Source: Camelus dromedarius
Taxonomy: Eukaryota
Direction of reading: 5' to 3'
DNA: 64,000 nucleotides
Assembly: GCF_036321535.1 (NCBI RefSeq)
Contig: NC_087437.1
Location: 50,098,001-50,162,000, forward strand
The notes under the pieces are model-generated. The model made no database searches and was not told where the DNA came from. It saw nothing but the letters and a program-made list of their open reading frames with translations. The position numbers and the translations under genes were made by a program. Below are positions 13,631 to 28,519 of the stretch, piece after piece (within the stretch, counting starts at the first letter, position 1; each line of letters opens with the position of its first letter).

Positions 13631-15399
13631 TTAATGAGTATGAAGGGAAATTATTAGAATTCCATATAAAATTTCCATGCTCAAGAGATTAAAAGAAAGG
13701 AACAATGTACAAAAAGAGAGATGATTCTTATTCCATCTTGACTTTTTGTTTGTTTCTATTTTGATGCTATTGCTCTAACTTATTCATATGCTGTTTAAAG
13801 TGTGCAGCTATAGACCCAAACTCTTTTCCTGGGAATAATCACAGGGCAAGTATTATTTCTCTCAAAGAAAAATAGGAATTAATTAATGTTTTATTAAAAG
13901 AAGACAAGCATTATAAATGGGACTACTGTCTTCTCCCAGAACTATCTGTTATAGGCTATGACCTCTGATGTTTGTGTGAATTGTTCTACAGCGAGGCTTC
14001 AGTTCCCATATATACACTGTGGTCAACAAATCCAAATAAACAAATAAAAACAGGTTCAATTTCCCTTTTTAAATATCGTTATAACTTTTAAAACTGAAAG
14101 ACCACATATTCCTATATTTCATGATGGAAGGTGGAGGGGAAATTGTTGCTAAGATAAGACTTTGTATTTTATGTCAAATTGTATCTGGAAACTCATTTTA
14201 AAAGTGGAATTATAACCTGCCCACCCCCCAAAAGCAGGGATTCGAGATGAAAATGCCAAAATAACTTTAATTATAGGTTTGTTGGGGGGTGTGACGTTAA
14301 AATATCAGTCAGTGGAAAACTTCACATTGTTAATGTGTCACTCAAAAAATTTGAAATTTGTGTTATACCATTACTATTTATTTGTACATTCTTGGTCTCC
14401 AAAGCACATGCTTGCTAGATAAGAGCCCAAATCACTATAACAGTGGTACAAAGTTTCCAAATTTCTTGTAAAATGAGTTAAATATAAATCACTGCAGGCT
14501 TATTAATGTAAACCCTTGGTTCCACTTTTTGCAGATAGATTTTCAAAGTTGGGCTAAATCATACATAATTTATTCAATATAAAAAATAACAAAATTCAAT
14601 TTGACCTACAACCTTTCCATTTTTTTTCACTACAGAACTCAAAATAATACTGTGGCACTAGGGGAAAAATATAGTAGCCTCTAACATCAAGCTAGTATTT
14701 CTTAACCTAGACTTATTGTAGACAATAATTGGTTTTCTCTGCTTTCTCCTTTCCCAAGCTGCATGAAAAAGGAAACCATGGAAACTAGGCCACCACGAAG
14801 CAATGCTTTCTAACCTCAGCTGAGTTCTCACTGATCCTCAGGAATGGTTTTACACATCCCTTGTTGACTATTATAGGAAGCCACATTAGCTGTTTTAAAC
14901 ATCTATCCTCAAGGGCCCACCCTTTGACTTCCTTCAACTTAACCTCCCTCACAGGGGGTGAACTTCAGGCCTACTTCACTGAGGAAGGTCAGTCAGCATA
15001 CACCCCTTGCACTGATCCTTGACCAAACTAGACCTGGGCTTTGGCCTGCCTGGCTGGCCTAGCTGGGTCCAGCCCATGTAGTTCTCCTAAGTTGTCTCCA
15101 CCTATGTGCCCCATCCTCACAAGGCAGCCTCAAATTTGGCAGTTCATGGTCCATATGTTGCTACCTAGTCCCAGCTAACCTTGATCCAGAGTCTATCATG
15201 ACTTATCTTAGCAGCATTTTCTATCTTTTCTGCAGTGGATCTATCCATATGTATGAGAACATGGCCAGCTCTCCCATATCCTTCCAAATTTCCTTGGAGG
15301 CTTCTCTTTTTACCGCCATTTTCACTTCTCCAAGGCTTTATCTTTAGCCTTCTTCCTTAGTCCTCTCTCTTTAGGAATCTCTATCTTTACTGTCTTCTT

Positions 15400-16800
15400 T
15401 GGTAATCACATCAAATCCAGAGGATCTACTTTACTCTTTAAGCAATGAATTCCTCAGTCCCTAAACTCACATTTTTAACTTTCAGAGCCATTTACTAATT
15501 CCTCAGACTAAGATGCTCTTTCCCCATCAAACTGCCCCTTCTTCTCAACTTCCTCATTTCAATAGATATGTCATTAATGTCCCAAGGCCATGAGTATTTC
15601 TTCTCTCTCCATGGCCAATGAACTATTATGACACAAGAAATTGTAAGTATTATACCCTTTCCATGGCCAAAAACTCTTATGTGTAATCTCTGTGACATGA
15701 TCCCCCTGTACTCTCCCCTGGCTCACCGTGACTTAGCCATTCCAGCCTTCTTTCTGCTCCTCAAACCCATCAGATTTGTTCTCTCCTTAGGGCTTTTGTG
15801 TATTATCTTCTCTCCTCCTGGAACTTTCTGCCCCTCAGATCATTCTAGGGTAGCTCCTTGGCATCTGGCCAAAAGATCACTTCATCAGAGATGGTCCCAG
15901 AAACTCCATCACATCATGCCATTTATATTTTTTCCATAACAATTTTCACAACTGATATCAATCAGCTAGGATTAAAAAATGATGAGTAGCTAAACTATAG
16001 TAGTGACAATAGACAAAGGAAAAAATAGGCTTGAGAAGTGATTAAGAAGCAAAATCAAGAAAATTTGATGACATTTATACAAGTAGCAAAAATAAAAGTA
16101 TTACGGATTATTCCCAAATTTCTAACATGGGGGACCAGGTGTATTGTGGAGTTATTTAAGCAGAATCAAAAATATAAGACAAGAACTAATTCTGGAAGAG
16201 AGACAGTCAGTTCACCTTAGGATGTCATTAAGTTGTGGTGTCTACAGTGCAGACTGAAAGATTTCCAAGAGGCCATTGAAAATATAGGTCCAGAGCTCAT
16301 GGGAAAGCATTTAAAATTATATGAATAGAAGATATGGTTTATGAAGAGTAAGAGCAGAAGAAGGACCCAGAGACCACTGGAGAGCACCAATGTGAAAGGG
16401 AAGAGACTCATGAAATAGAAGGAAAGCAGGGCAAGAAGGGAAGCCAAGCAGAAGTTTCAAGAATAAGGGGGAAATCAGCAGTGTTAAACTATAAGCATGT
16501 TGCCTAATGTAAGAACTTCAACATGCCACTGGATTTGGCAATTGTGTCATTAATGAATTCAATGAGAGCAGTTTCAGAAGCAAGGCAGAGGCAACTGTCA
16601 GGCCACATTAGGTTGAAAAGTATAAGAGCCAGCACAGGGGAAGAAAGAATCTTCAGATATGACTCAAGCTGTGAAGGGGAAAAGAGAAAAGGCAATAGTT
16701 AAGGGAATACAGATGTGCTCTTTCATTTGATGAGTAGAAAGACTTAGTTGTGATGGTATGTGGAGAAGAAAAAATGGCAAATTGAGAGAGAAAGACTTTC
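15400..16800. mobile_element. Two adjacent L2 fragments in opposite orientation (+ ~15400-15950; - ~15960-16800)
   Basis: Pyrimidine-rich L2 body followed by purine-rich L2 ('atgccactggatttggcaatt..gagagcagtttcag'). Confidence 0.65.
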
Positions 16801-19800
16801 AAGGTCTCCCTGACTGACACTGGCTTGTTATTTCTAGTCTTCTTTCTCACTTCTCTCCACCTCACCTATGATGTCCCCAAACTGGAGCTTCCAGGTTGGA
16901 GGAAGACACTGGAAGGGGGGAGGATCCCTGCCTCATCATTATGCCTCCAGCCAGCTCCAAATACCTGAACTGCAACTGATGGATGATTCAGCATTTCTCC
17001 AGGTGTGGTGCCACATTTTAACCCCACCCATATCAAATGTTGCTTGGCATTCAGAGAGTGTATAAGAAAAAGTGCATATGCTTTGGAAGAGAAAACTGTA
17101 TGTCTTAAATCTAATATGATGAAGTTTCATTCTTCCCATAAATCTCTATGTGTCCTAAACAAAAATATATATTTTCATCAAAATGCATTAAAGATTCTCA
17201 GTACCTTGTAAATACATTTCAAACTTTCAGCTACAAAATTGTTTAATGCCCATTAATATTATTAGTAATTAGAGAAGACAAAAGAAAGGAAAGGTAATCT
17301 TTACAAATAATTCAATATTCATCTTGTTCTCATGACACCCACGCTTCTCAGAAAAGCACTGCAATCTTTTTATAATCCTCTCTCATCTTGAGACTTCTTG
17401 ATCTGAGCCTGTTTAATTAGCTCTGAAATAGTAGCTACAGTCAGCACCTGAAGCAGGTCACCTGGCTGTGTGACTCTGAGTGAGTCATTTTACTTCTCAG
17501 AATGTCAATATCCTACCCCATCTAACTTTCAGCTCAGTTACTTTATGAGATCAAATCTCACATTATACCCTTATCACTCAATCTATTGCAGGTGAGATAT
17601 ACTGCAAACCTACTGGAAAAATCTTTGGGGATATATAGGAAGATTCCTATTTCAGTTTCTAAGACACAGCAGAAAGTTGGAACTTAAAAGTTTGGGGGGA
17701 GCTTACAAGATTATTCTATATAAGGGAAAGATCAAATAATGTTACTGCAAACTGCTATTGTAATTCATTCTTCCATAAAGATTACCTCTGTTCTACTAGC
17801 AAGTTCAGCAAAACCTTGGGTTATCAGCCAAATAAATGCCACTTCAGTAAGTAACTGCTGCCTGGGGCCAGCTTTAACTTGCATCATCAACTTTTTTCCT
17901 GTCTAAAGTTCTACTGTAAGTTTTGCATACATAAACCATGTTCCCCTTGGCTTTATTGCTTGCCCTCTTATGACATTTCCCCTCCTCTTAGTTGCTGAAG
18001 AGAGCCCCATTGTGTGGGGTAATACCAGAGAGCTTCAACCAGTGATGTAAAAGAGTCACATTCAGATAGTATTTTAGGTAGAACAAAACGCAAGAGCCTA
18101 CTGAACATTTCCTTACTATGTGAAAATTGCTGCCTGCATCTTTGCACCACAGTTCTGGGAATTCAATTCAAAAGAAATGTGCTCAAAAGTATATGATTTT
18201 GGCTCCCATGTATGATCAAGGGACAACAGAGAAACACTAAACTTTGTGACAATTTTTCCAATTTGTGATTCTATGCAAAATTTCACCAACTTTCCATCAC
18301 TTGAACTGAATTCAAAATGGATTCAGAAAATGTGGTACTTGTCTAAATGAAAATAAATGTTGTTTCAACAATCTTTTTTCCCCCTTTAAATTGATGGTTA
18401 AGTGTATGACAAAAGGAGGACAACAAACAACATATACATACTCATCTGAAAAAGAAAAAAAAATGCCACCCACATACACAGAATACCACACACAGTCACT
18501 TAATGAAAAAAAAGTCAGATGCCACATAGGATAACTAGTGAATATTGATGACATTTTTTCTACCCTATACAAATTACTCCTGCTAAAGCGCGTCCAGCTT
18601 GTTTTTTGCCAGTGTTTCCCTCCATTATGCTGTTAAGCATAGATTAAGGACACATTCTAAGAGCATTCTTCATAAGAACATTTCTCTCAGTGCTACTTAA
18701 ACATGGCCTCTCATGTACATCTTCTGTGTCATTGGCCTTTGATAATCAGTAAAGTATCTTTGCTTGAAGAAAAATGAGTAGAATAAGCCTCTTCTAGGAA
18801 AAATCAACGAGTGTAAGTAGGTAATGGAGGTGGAGGGCACAAAGCTCAGAAATCTAATGTAAATTCTCCTTAAAAACATACCATTCCCCTGTAACATGAG
18901 AATGACTGGCATTGCCCAAATATATCCCCCTTGCATTTTAAGTGATTCTAGAGCAACTTTCACTTAGTTGCTGGAACCGATGCCTTTAAAAGCATTATCC
19001 CAGTCCTTCATGTTAATAAAGAGAAACCTGATTAATCCTACAAGGCAGATTATATTGATTTGAGGAGAGGATTCCTGTACTTTCATCAAGTAAGAGTGTG
19101 CCCAACATTCGAAAATTGATAAATCAGCAGAGAAATAAAATACACTGTGAAGTTCTGAGTTCTCCACCTTTGCCTCCTTTGCTTAATTTGCTCTCTTCTT
19201 CCAATTCCATGCTGAGCATTTATTCATTAATTTAACAAATATTTGTTGAGTATCTCACATTTGCCAGATACCACTCCAGGCACTGGAAATACAGTAGTGA
19301 ACAAAACAGACAAAAATTCCTGCTTACGTTTATGTATCAAGCTAAAGTAGAGCTGTCTTTTCTCTCCCAAATCTTGTCAGTCTGCACTTTCACTTAGGAA
19401 AAAGGTCAGTCATCTGAGAAAGAAAACCCTCTCATTTATTAAACAAAGGTCATCAATAATCATACACTCATTCACTCAACAATTACTGATGAGCATCCCC
19501 TAGATGCCAGGATGTAGGCTTCAAACTGGGAGCAGCAAGATGAAAACCACACAGTCCTTGGCGTCACAGGAATTATGTGTTTTTGCAATGTCTTTTATGT
19601 GAACAAATTAACAACTGATAGTTTTCAAATTGAATTTGAATTTCTGAAGTCTACTGATAGCTGAGAGTTGGTTACTTTTCTTTTTTCCCAGGCCAAGTCT
19701 TTCTCCTGATGCACTTAAGTATAGACCCTAGGGATAATGATCATTTTCAAAAATATGCTACTGCCCAACTTGAAAAGGGTAAGCTAGACTTGGACGTGCA

Positions 19801-20464
19801 TCTGAGTGTTCTCACTTTATTTTCTATAGTCACAACTCCTGCTATGTTTTCAATTAGCTACAGTAACCAAAACTAATATTCCATTATACTTTTTTTGATC
19901 ATGCTTTATTTAATTTAACCAACAATAATGACCAGGGCATAAAATAGCCCAAGTCCTTTGTTTAGGGTTTGATGAATAGAACCATATGCCTGACCTCAAC
20001 CCTTTAGGGAATGGACAGTCAGAAAGTATTTACATGGCTCCTCAATTTTATTTGTTATTTTCCTGTTACTTTTTTTGGTCTATGTGGCTTTGTTGACTCT
20101 ACTCACTATATGTGGGGGGTGAGACTAGAGTCAGGGGTTTTGCTTTATTTCTGTAATTATGGCATTTGAGAATGTGGCCTCTCTGTCATCCATTATGCCT
20201 CTTTTCTGTTAAGTATTCTGATCAAAGTGTACACAAATATTAACAAGTTTTTCTTTTCTTTTTTTCTGGTTGAGTGTGTGTGTGCATGTGTGTGTGTGAA
20301 TCAGCAGGAAACAGACAGCTACTTTAAAGTGTTGATATCTAGATACCCAACCTAAAGTGGGAGGTTGACACTCTGTAATCCAAATGCTCAGTGGGAGGCA
20401 TGCAGGTCTGGAAGACATGCAGGTCCCTGGTGGTGCCTCTCTGTCATTCCTCACCAGGTGAACA

Positions 20465-20705
20465 TACTATGGCTTTGAGCCAGACACTCCTGAGAGCAAA
20501 TCCAGGCTTTACCTCTTAGCAGTGTGTGACTGGTTACTTATTAACATCTCTGAGCCTGCCTGATCATCTACACAATGAAAGTAATAAATGTTAACTGACC
20601 TTGCTGGCTGGGTTATGAAAATCAGATATAATGTATGTGTTGAAAAGAATATAGAATCTCTATAAAAGGCATTTCATAACTAGCTGGTGTCACTGGCATT
20701 ATCAC
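20465..20705 (+). mobile_element. MIR SINE
   Basis: 'ggctttgagccagacactcctgagagcaaatccaggc..tctctgagcct'. Confidence 0.75.
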
Positions 20706-21830
20706 CATTATTTCTTCCAAATTAGGCTCCTTTCTCTCCCTTGTTCTCATCCTCTGACATTTCTTATTTCCTTTCTTTCTTTTCTTCTTATTTCCTCATT
20801 CCCCTTTTCTCTACTCTCTCTCGCCAGTGCCTCAGCTCTGTGAGTGGCGCCCAAAGGCCCTCCAGCAATACTCAGAGAAAAAGATGTTTCAGATCCTTGA
20901 TCTCCATGACCAGCCAGAGAAGAAATATCAAAGAGAATGCCATCTAGGAAATACTATCTCACGTAGAAAGACGTCAGGAGAATCCAATCAATGCAGTGCA
21001 GCTGAAGTTACCCTATTGCCTGAAAATGCTGTTTCTTTTCTGCAGGTAATACCAAGCCCCACAAATTTAACATTCTTTCATTCATTTGTTTCTTCCTCTA
21101 GAAAATGTATTAAAGATATGTAATATGCTAGATCATCTGCCAAAATTGAAGGTATGAAATGTTTATTACTTATTTCTCTTTATGTCAACTCCCTCTACAA
21201 ATATTTGTTGAATAAATAGCAAGTGAATGATGAACAACCTAAAGTTTCCAGTTTTGAAGACATTGAAAAGAAAAAGATAAAATTTGTATTCATGAATGTA
21301 GGTCATGTGCACAGAGTACAGCTTCTTTTTCAATTAAAATGAGTCAACATCCTCTATATATCAGGTTCAAACTGGACACTAAGATACAAATATGAAAAGA
21401 CAAGACATGGTCCCTGCTCATCATTCATCCATTCATTTAATAAACATTTTCAATTACTTGCTTTATGTCAGGATTGGGTCAGTGGTTGCAGACACAGCCC
21501 TGGTCAAAGTAGACTTGGACCCTGGTATCATAAAACTTATTTCCTAGTATATAAAATATAAAAGAAAACAAACATAACCCCCCAAAAAATTAAATAATTA
21601 CAAATTATGAGGAGAGCCATAAATGAGAAAACAATGGACTGATATGGACAGGACATCTACTTTAGATAATCTAGTGGGAGATAGAAAAGTAATCTGATAA
21701 TTATAATTCAATATTTGCTTATCTGCCTATCAAGCTATAGGTTTGTAATTCCTTTCTTCATTCTGAAAAAAAGTTTTAAAGAAGCAATAAAATAGTCTAA
21801 GAACATCTTACCAAAGTGGTTGTAGCCCCG

Positions 21831-24097
21831 ACATATCTCAACATAATAAAAGCTATTTATGACAAACCCACAGTCAATATAATATTCAATGGTAAAAAGC
21901 TTAAAGCCTTCCTACTAAAATTTGGAACAAGACAAAGATGCCCACTCTCACCACTTCTATTCAACATAGTATTGGAGATCCTAGTCATAGCAATCAGACA
22001 AGAAAAAGAAATAAAAGGGATCCAAGTTGGAAGAGAAGAGGTAAAACTGTCACTATATGCAGATGACCTGACACTATATATAGAAAATTCCAAAGGCTCC
22101 ACGTGAAAACTACTAGAGCTGATAAAAGAATTCGGCAAGGTAGTAGAATACCAGATTAACATTCAGAAATCATTTATATTTCTTTACACTGTGAAAATGA
22201 AATATAAGAAAAAGAAAGTTAAAAAATCCCTTTTAAAATTTCATCCAAAAAAAAAAGTAATTAGAAAAAACCCTGACAAAGGAGGCAAAAGACTTACATG
22301 TGGAGAACTACAAAACACTGATTAAGGAAACTGAAGATCATTCAAAGAAATGGAAAGATAGCCCATGCTCTAGGTTTGGAAGAATGAAAGCTATGGCCAT
22401 TTTAACAAAGCAATCTACAGGTTTAACACAATTCTTATCAAATTACCCAGGATATTTTTCACAGAACTAGAACAAATACTCCTAAATTTATACGGAATTA
22501 CAAAAGCCCCAGAATTGCCAGAGTAATACTGTAGAAAAAAAACAAAGCTTTAGGAACAAACTTCTCAGATCTCAGACAATACTACAGAGCTATAGTAATC
22601 AAAACAGTGTGGTATTGGCTCAAAAAAACAGATATATGGATCAATGGAAGAGAATGGAGAGCCCAGAAATAAACCCACAAACTTTTGGTCAATTCATCTT
22701 TGACAAAGGAGGCAAGAACATAACAATGGAGTCAAGACAGTCTCTTCAGCAAATGGTGTTGGGAAAACTGGGCAGCTGCATATAAATCAATGAAGTTAGA
22801 ATACTCCCTTACACCATACACAAAAATAAACTCAAAATGGCTTAAAGACTTAAACATAAGACAAGACACTATAAACCTCCTAGAAGAAACCATAGGCAAA
22901 ACATTCTGTGACATAAATCTTAGCAAAGTTCTCCTAGGTCAATTGACCCAGGCAATAGAAATAAAAGCAAAAATAAACAAATAGGACCTAATTAAACTTA
23001 TAAGCTTTTGCACAGCAACAGAAACCATAAACAAAACAAAAACAACCTACAGAATGGGAGAAAATATTTGCAGATGATGTGACTGACAAGGGTGTAATTT
23101 CCAGAATATACAAACAGTTCATACTTAATAACTTAATAACTTAATAACAAAAAAAATCAAACAACCTAATCCAAAAATGGGCAGAAGACCTAAACAAGCA
23201 ATTCTCCAATGAAGACATACAAATGGCCAACAGGCACATGAAAAAATACTCAATATTATTAAAGAAATGCAAATCAAAACTACAGTGAGGCATCCCCTCA
23301 CACCAGTCAGACTGGCTATCATTAAAAAGTTCACAAATGATAAATGCTAGAGAGGCTGTGGAGAAAAGGGAACCTTCCTACACTGTTGGTGGAAATGTAG
23401 TTTGGTGCAGTCATTATGGAAAATGGTATGGAGATTCCTTAAAAATCTAAATGTAGACTTACCGTATGACCCAGCAATCCCAATTCTGGGCATATATCCA
23501 GAGGGAACTTTAATTCTAAAAGACACATGCTCCCCAATGTTCATAGCAGCACTATACACAATAGCCAAGACATGGAAGCAACCTAAATGTCCACCTACAG
23601 ATGACTAGATAAAGAAGTTGTGGTATATTAATACAATGGAATACTACTCAGCCATAAAAAGAATAAAATAACGCCATTTGCAGCAACGTAGATGAACCTG
23701 GAGAATGTCATTCTAAGTGAAGTAAGCCAGAAAGAGAAAGAAAAATACCATATGATATCACTTATATGTGGAATCAAGGGGAAAAAAAACAAGACAAACG
23801 AACTTATTTACAAAACAGAAACAGACTCACAGACATAGAAAACAAACTTATGATTACTAGGGGGAAAAGGGAGTGGGAAGGGATAAATTGGGAGATGGAG
23901 ATTCGCAGATACTAACTACTATATATAAAATAGATAAACAATGTTTCTACTGTATAGCACAGGGAATTATATCCAATATCTTGTAACAACCTTTAATGAA
24001 AAAGAATATATGCATGTTCATGTATGAGTGAAACTTTATGCTGTACATCAGAAATTGACACAACACTGTAAACTGATCATACTTCAATTTAAAAAAT
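21831..24097 (+). mobile_element. 5'-truncated L1 (ORF2 RT to C-terminus plus 3'UTR), cetartiodactyl-type, disrupted
   Basis: ORF pieces [52 protein letters not shown] and [14 protein letters not shown]; the 3'UTR ends 'acttcaatttaaaaaa'. Confidence 0.97.
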
Positions 24098-24599
24098 GGA
24101 AAAAAATATACATATACTAAGAATAGTAAAGGGGCACATAGTACAATGTGGACACAGCTGAATGATCAACCCAAACTGTGTGGAATCCCAATATTAACAC
24201 AGAAGTACAGGAAAGCAAGTAATACACTTAGTAGAAAGACCAAAAAAGACCATAGGAAGGAGCAAGTAATGGGAGCGCGGTTAGTGGGAAGTCACCTACT
24301 TCCAACCCAGGCCAGTGGGGAATCGCAGCAGCTCTTACTTGGTAATATAGTCAAAATGTCGCTGTGGCACCCTGACCTTGGATCTGCCTGTGTGGTTTCT
24401 CAGTGCTATCTTAATGACCCTGGAAACTCCCAGGGTCTGATCCCTGAGTCTACTGCTTGCCCTGCTGCTGAAAGCACCCTGGCATATCATCAAAGGACCC
24501 AAGCTCACCATCCACTTCTTCCACTCATTAGCTGTGTAAGCTGGAGTAGGTCACTTTCTAGCTCTAGTCTCAACTTCTTGTGCTGTACAATGGGTGCAT

Positions 24600-25010
24600 T
24601 TGTCAGACCACAACTATAAGCAGCAAAATCCACTTTAACTTGTTAAAACAAAAAGGAGTTTACTACTGAGTATGAATAGTTTTCTAAATAATTGGAAGGG
24701 CTAGATGACCAGGCTCCAGGTTGAGTTTCTAGGTTCAGCTCCCAGACCTAGAACCATTTAACCTCTGGCATTTTCCTTGCTAGCAATATACATGCCTCAT
24801 AATTAATCTTTCTCCCTGTATTTAACCCTGTGACTAGTTCAAGCCTTATGATAGTAAAAGTGATAAAACAAAAATTGCATCAAAAATCACAGCTGCAAGG
24901 GCATGTGGAAAATGATTTTTTTTAGTCGTACAGCCTCTGTAGGTCAGGAAGGCACACCAGAAGGGGTTGGAACACGTGGAGCAGGCTGATCCACACAATT
25001 TGCCACAAGA
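24600..25010 (-). mobile_element. Old MaLR LTR fragment
   Basis: 'taagcagcaaaatccactttaacttgttaaaacaaaaaggagttt' is an MLT1-like end. Confidence 0.45.
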
Positions 25011-25789
25011 GACAACAATGCATCCCTCACAAGGTTCTCACAGGGACTGGCACTGATTAAGAGATTTCCACTTAATAAACGCTGGCTTGCCCTGGCCAGC
25101 ATTCCTTGTGCCCTAACACTGGGTACCAAAGACACGGAGTCTAGCACAGGAGTCCAGCCTTACAACCCCAGACACCTTCCAATGCCCTGTGGCTGGAAGT
25201 CACTTCAGCAAACCACCCCTCCTGTCTGATGGACCTTGCTGGCTTATAGCATGGTCCTATCCAGAAAGAGAAAGGTCTCTGCCCACCAGCAAATCAAAGC
25301 TCACAAGGTAAAGTGGTGAGTGCTGGACTGGAGTCTTTAGAGAGTACGACCAAAATCTAGAATAAGGCAACTAATTTTGCCTGGAAGAGTTAGGTAAGAC
25401 ATCACATTTCATCATCCCTGATAATAAATAGTCCAGTCTGCAGAATAGAATAGCACTCTATTTGATTTTCTTTCTTTCTTCATCTATAACCCCTCATAAA
25501 GTTTCAGTGCAAAAAGCTGCTTGTATGACATATAAACTCTGTTGTATATATATTTGGTTATTTGAGAATATGACCCCAATGTATTAAGCTTGATCAGAAA
25601 GGAGGATCTCTGTTTACTTTTAGTCAAATTTTTTAAGTATAATTTTTCCTAGTCATGAAAGTAGTGTATACTTATTAAAGAAAATTTGGAAAAGACTGGA
25701 AAGCATAAAGAAAATAACAATTACCTTTCATCTCATCATCCAGCATTAACCACTGTTAACCATTTGAACCCATTTCTTTCTAAGCAAAT

Positions 25790-27080
25790 ACTAACCAAAA
25801 GAAAGTCGGTGTAGCTAAATTATCACACAAAATGGACTTCAAGGTAAAAAGCATTATTAGAAATAAGAATGGTCACTACATAATAATAAAAGCTTCAATT
25901 CACAAGGAACATATAACAATTTTAAACTCTTAGGTATGTGTTATACCTTCAAAATGTATGAATACAAAATTGAGATATCTGTTAAGAGAAATTCATATGT
26001 TCACACACTTCAACACATTTCTCTCAGTAATTGATAGATCAAGTGAATAAAGAACTGCAAGGATATAGATTTGACACAAAATAACAAGCCTAGTACAAAG
26101 AACATATTATAGAACACTGCATCCAACTACTTGTTGAACACACAAGTGCTATTTACAAAAATTAACCATGTATTAGGCTATAGAGCAAGTCTAATACATT
26201 TTAAAGGCACTTGATAGGCTACATCTTCTAGCAATAAAATAATAAACATAACTTTTCAAAAAGAACAAAATAAAAATCTATTTCATTAGAATTTTTTAAT
26301 ATATTTTAAATAATTCAGGGCAAAAAAGAAATCACAATGGAACTTAGATTATTATATAATTTTCAAAAGAATTACCTATGAAAAATTAACATATCAAAAC
26401 ATGAGGGATGCAGCTAAAGCATTTCTTGGAAGGAAACATAGCTTTAAATGCTTACAGTAGGAAAAAAGGCTCAGAGTTAAGGAGTTAAACATATAATATG
26501 AAAGTAGAAAATATTTAGAATCAAACAATGTCAAAGTGAGGTCATTGAAAAAACTAGTAAAATTTAGTTTTCTAGTAATGTTAATCAAGGAAGGGAAAGG
26601 AATAAGTAAACAATATTAATGAAGAGGCCATAACTACAGATGTTATATAAATGTAAAAGCTAATAAATTGATAGTATAAATAATTCTATGCTAATACATT
26701 TTAAAACATAAGTGAAGTAGATAAATTCTACAAATAAGCAATTTAGCAAAAGTGAATGGAGAATTTTTTTAAATTTAAATAAAAGAAAATCTGAATAGTT
26801 CTATAAAAGTATAAAAGTATGTTTTACCTTAAAAATGCAAGGTTGGTTTAATATTAGAAAATATTCATAACAGATAAAAGTTAAGTATCCACCTTAATAA
26901 ATAAGAGAAATAATCTCCACAGATATAGAAAATTCATCTGAACAAATGTAGAAAAAAACATTTGAAATAAAAACCCTTAGCAAACTAGAATAAAAGGACT
27001 TTTTTTAATAGAGGGTAACCATAAGTGCTTGTAAATGTCATACTTAATGGTGAAATGTTAAAAATATTCCTTTGAAATAC
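25790..27080 (+). mobile_element. Ancient L1M ORF2 remnant (endonuclease to RT start)
   Basis: A-rich, with 'tatagaacactgcatccaac', 'gggatgcagctaaagca', 'atgcaaggttggtttaatattagaaaa' and 'catacttaatggtgaaatgtt'. Confidence 0.8.
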
Positions 27081-27739
27081 GTTCACACGTCTATTACAGC
27101 TCTTATGAATTGCAATGATCTTCTGACATGTTTGTCTCCTCTCCTCCAGCTCTCCCTACCCTGTCCCCAGTGCTCAGTATAGTTTCTAGTACACAGCAGG
27201 CATGCCATTCATGTTTGCCAAGTGAATAAAGCAGAGTTCCTTAATGCTAAAACACAAGTTGCATAAAGGTCACCAGGTAAGTTCTGATTCCCCAGCTGTA
27301 TCCATTTAGCACTCAAGGACTCTGAATGGAATTTGAGTACTGCAAATGTGTTGCCGTGTGATATTTAAGACATTCCAGATGGCTCTTGTACCTTCTCAAC
27401 TCTACTGTGTAAACATCATATCCCCAACTTGTTCTCATATACTTAGCCTTTCTGAAAATCAGTTCTTTCCCTCATAAATGGGAATAATAATAATAGTACG
27501 TTTGTCTTAGAGTTGTTGTGAGAACTGAATGAATGTTCATGAAAGTTAGCTCAGTGCTTGTCATCTAGTAAGTATACAGTAAATGTTGACTATAGTTATA
27601 ATTATTAATAACATTAGGGCTATTTCAGATTTCTATGGTATCTAGTATAATGCTTTGCAACTTCTCAAAAAATATTTGCTAAATGAATGAATGATTAGTC
27701 TGTGATGCTGAAATATACTGGTGGTCTTTATGCAATTTG

Positions 27740-27880
27740 CATTCATTCATTCATTCATTCATTCATTCAACTAAAATGAATTGCAGGCCTGCTGCATGTC
27801 AAATGCCATACTAAGCGCTGGGAATACAAAGATGATTAATGATTACGATTCTAGCCTTTGAGGAACTCACAGCATATCTG
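27740..27880 (-). mobile_element. L2 terminus with (ATTC)n tail
   Basis: cattcattcattc.. followed by 'gcctgctgcatgtcaaatgccatactaagcgctgggaatacaaagatg'. Confidence 0.75.
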
Positions 27881-28519
27881 AAATCACTAGACAGCATAAA
27901 TTTATTTTAATTTGAAAAATCTGCATTGGCAGCTCTCTATTTTTATGCCTACCTCTCATAAGCAAGGTACATTGACCACTGTCAAGATGGAGTCACTCTG
28001 GAGAAAAATCAAGCTATATCAGAACTTAGATCCTCTCACAAAGGCTTGAGCCCAGGATGAAGGTGAACTCACTTGGCCCTAATGTTTGGTCTTAAGGGCA
28101 ACCCAGAGAATCAAGAATATGGCAGTCAAACAGAGTCGTGAACTGAAGCATGGCTCAGAAAATTATTGGCAACTGAAGGTCCCATCTCAAGGCTGGGCCG
28201 TGACCATGAGGGATAGTATGTAAGGTCCCAATTGGAAGTCACCAGCAGAAGACAAGTCTTGTGCATCAAGGTCCCCACCAACATGCGGGAAATTGAATTT
28301 GGGAGAAGAGACAATATGAGGAAGGTAATAAAGTGTAAGGTCCTTCATTAGGAAAGGGAGATATCAGGGATGGGAAAAGTGATCTAAGTCTCAAATCCCA
28401 GAAAAAATAGTTTCACATATTACTAAGTTACCAGACAGAGGAAATTGGTATAATAATGTCACATGGTTTTATATTAATTAAAATAAAAATATTAATGCCC
28501 TACAGGATATAGTAGATTT

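Noticed and set aside
21816..23608. Reverse-transcriptase-like ORFs as a novel RT system
   Set aside because: Ordinary disrupted L1 ORF2.
24146..24619. 157-aa ORF
   Set aside because: Runs into a MIR-derived segment and shows no recognisable homology.
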